From: Chlamydiota bacterium
Lineage (GTDB): Bacteria > Chlamydiota > Chlamydiia > Chlamydiales > SM23-39
Direction: 5' to 3'
Assembly (NCBI GenBank): GCA_048498835.1
Contig: JBEHXF010000026.1
Coordinates: 1-27,808 of the forward strand
DNA length: 27,808 nt
Shown here piece after piece: positions 27,514-27,808 of this stretch. The notes under the pieces were generated by a model that was not told the DNA's origin, did not search any database, and saw nothing but the letters and a program-made list of their open reading frames with translations. How positions within the stretch are numbered: the first letter of the stretch is position 1; each line of letters starts with the position of its first letter. The translations under genes were made by a program, and so were the position numbers.

Positions 27514-27808
27514 ATAAACCAGACAAAGATTCCCCTTTCCACGTCCGCAAAATCGCTTGGGCCAACAATGGAGCCACAGAGAGTTGCACAATATTCTCTG
27601 GCGTATTGCCTCGCAACGGAATGGTATCGGTAACCACCAACTCTTCTAAATCAGAGCTGGCAATTCGCATGCATGCAGGTCCCGACAAAAGAGGGTGAGT
27701 AATGCAAGCGAACACCCTTCGGGCTCCATGCTCTTTCAATTCTTTCGCGGCCTGAACCAGCGTCCCAGCAGTATCGCTGCTGCTGTTGCTGGGCAGCGCC
27801 AATATGAT
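27500..27808 (-). CDS. prs: Ribose-phosphate pyrophosphokinase, C-terminal fragment (5' part outside the window or disrupted)
   Basis: TAGTLVQAAKELKEHGARRVFACITHPLLSG...LVVTDTIP...LSVAPLLAQAI...GESLSGLF. Convergent 14-nt overlap with the MFS gene. Confidence 0.88.
   Translation of the reverse strand: MILALPSNSSSDTAGTLVQAAKELKEHGARRVFACITHPLLSGPACMRIASSDLEELVVTDTIPLRGNTPENIVQLSVAPLLAQAILRTWKGESLSGLFKYQ

Noticed and set aside
1..27808. CRISPR array, transposase, prophage or rRNA/tRNA genes
   Set aside because: No regularly spaced direct repeats or recognisable motifs were seen.

Overview
Chromosomal window that is very likely from an environmental member of the phylum Chlamydiota, inferred from the sdhBAC-tatD / tolQRAB-pal-LysM gene order and chlamydia-like hypothetical proteins. 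The minus-strand left arm holds a >1391-codon two-partner-secretion (TpsA/filamentous-haemagglutinin-like) gene. It is missing from the ORF track because it runs off the window edge, and it lies 19 bp downstream of a TolC-MFP-RND efflux operon. The 9793-10258 intergenic region holds two unannotated elements back to back: a 164-bp TA-flanked, full-length palindromic MITE-like element and a ~167-nt RNA that folds by hand like 6S RNA. Next come sdhB/A/C, tatD and three tandem, overlapping paralogous GT-A-type glycosyltransferase-like genes. The divergent plus-strand arm carries tolQ-tolR-tolA-tolB-pal, a LysM coiled-coil lipoprotein, murI and an orphan OmpR-family regulator. It then has an AT-richer minus-strand hypothetical (candidate effector), a glycine-zipper lipoprotein, a TM/TPR protein, an MFS transporter and the 3' end of prs. 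All translations, alignments and foldings were done by eye; no database searches were run.
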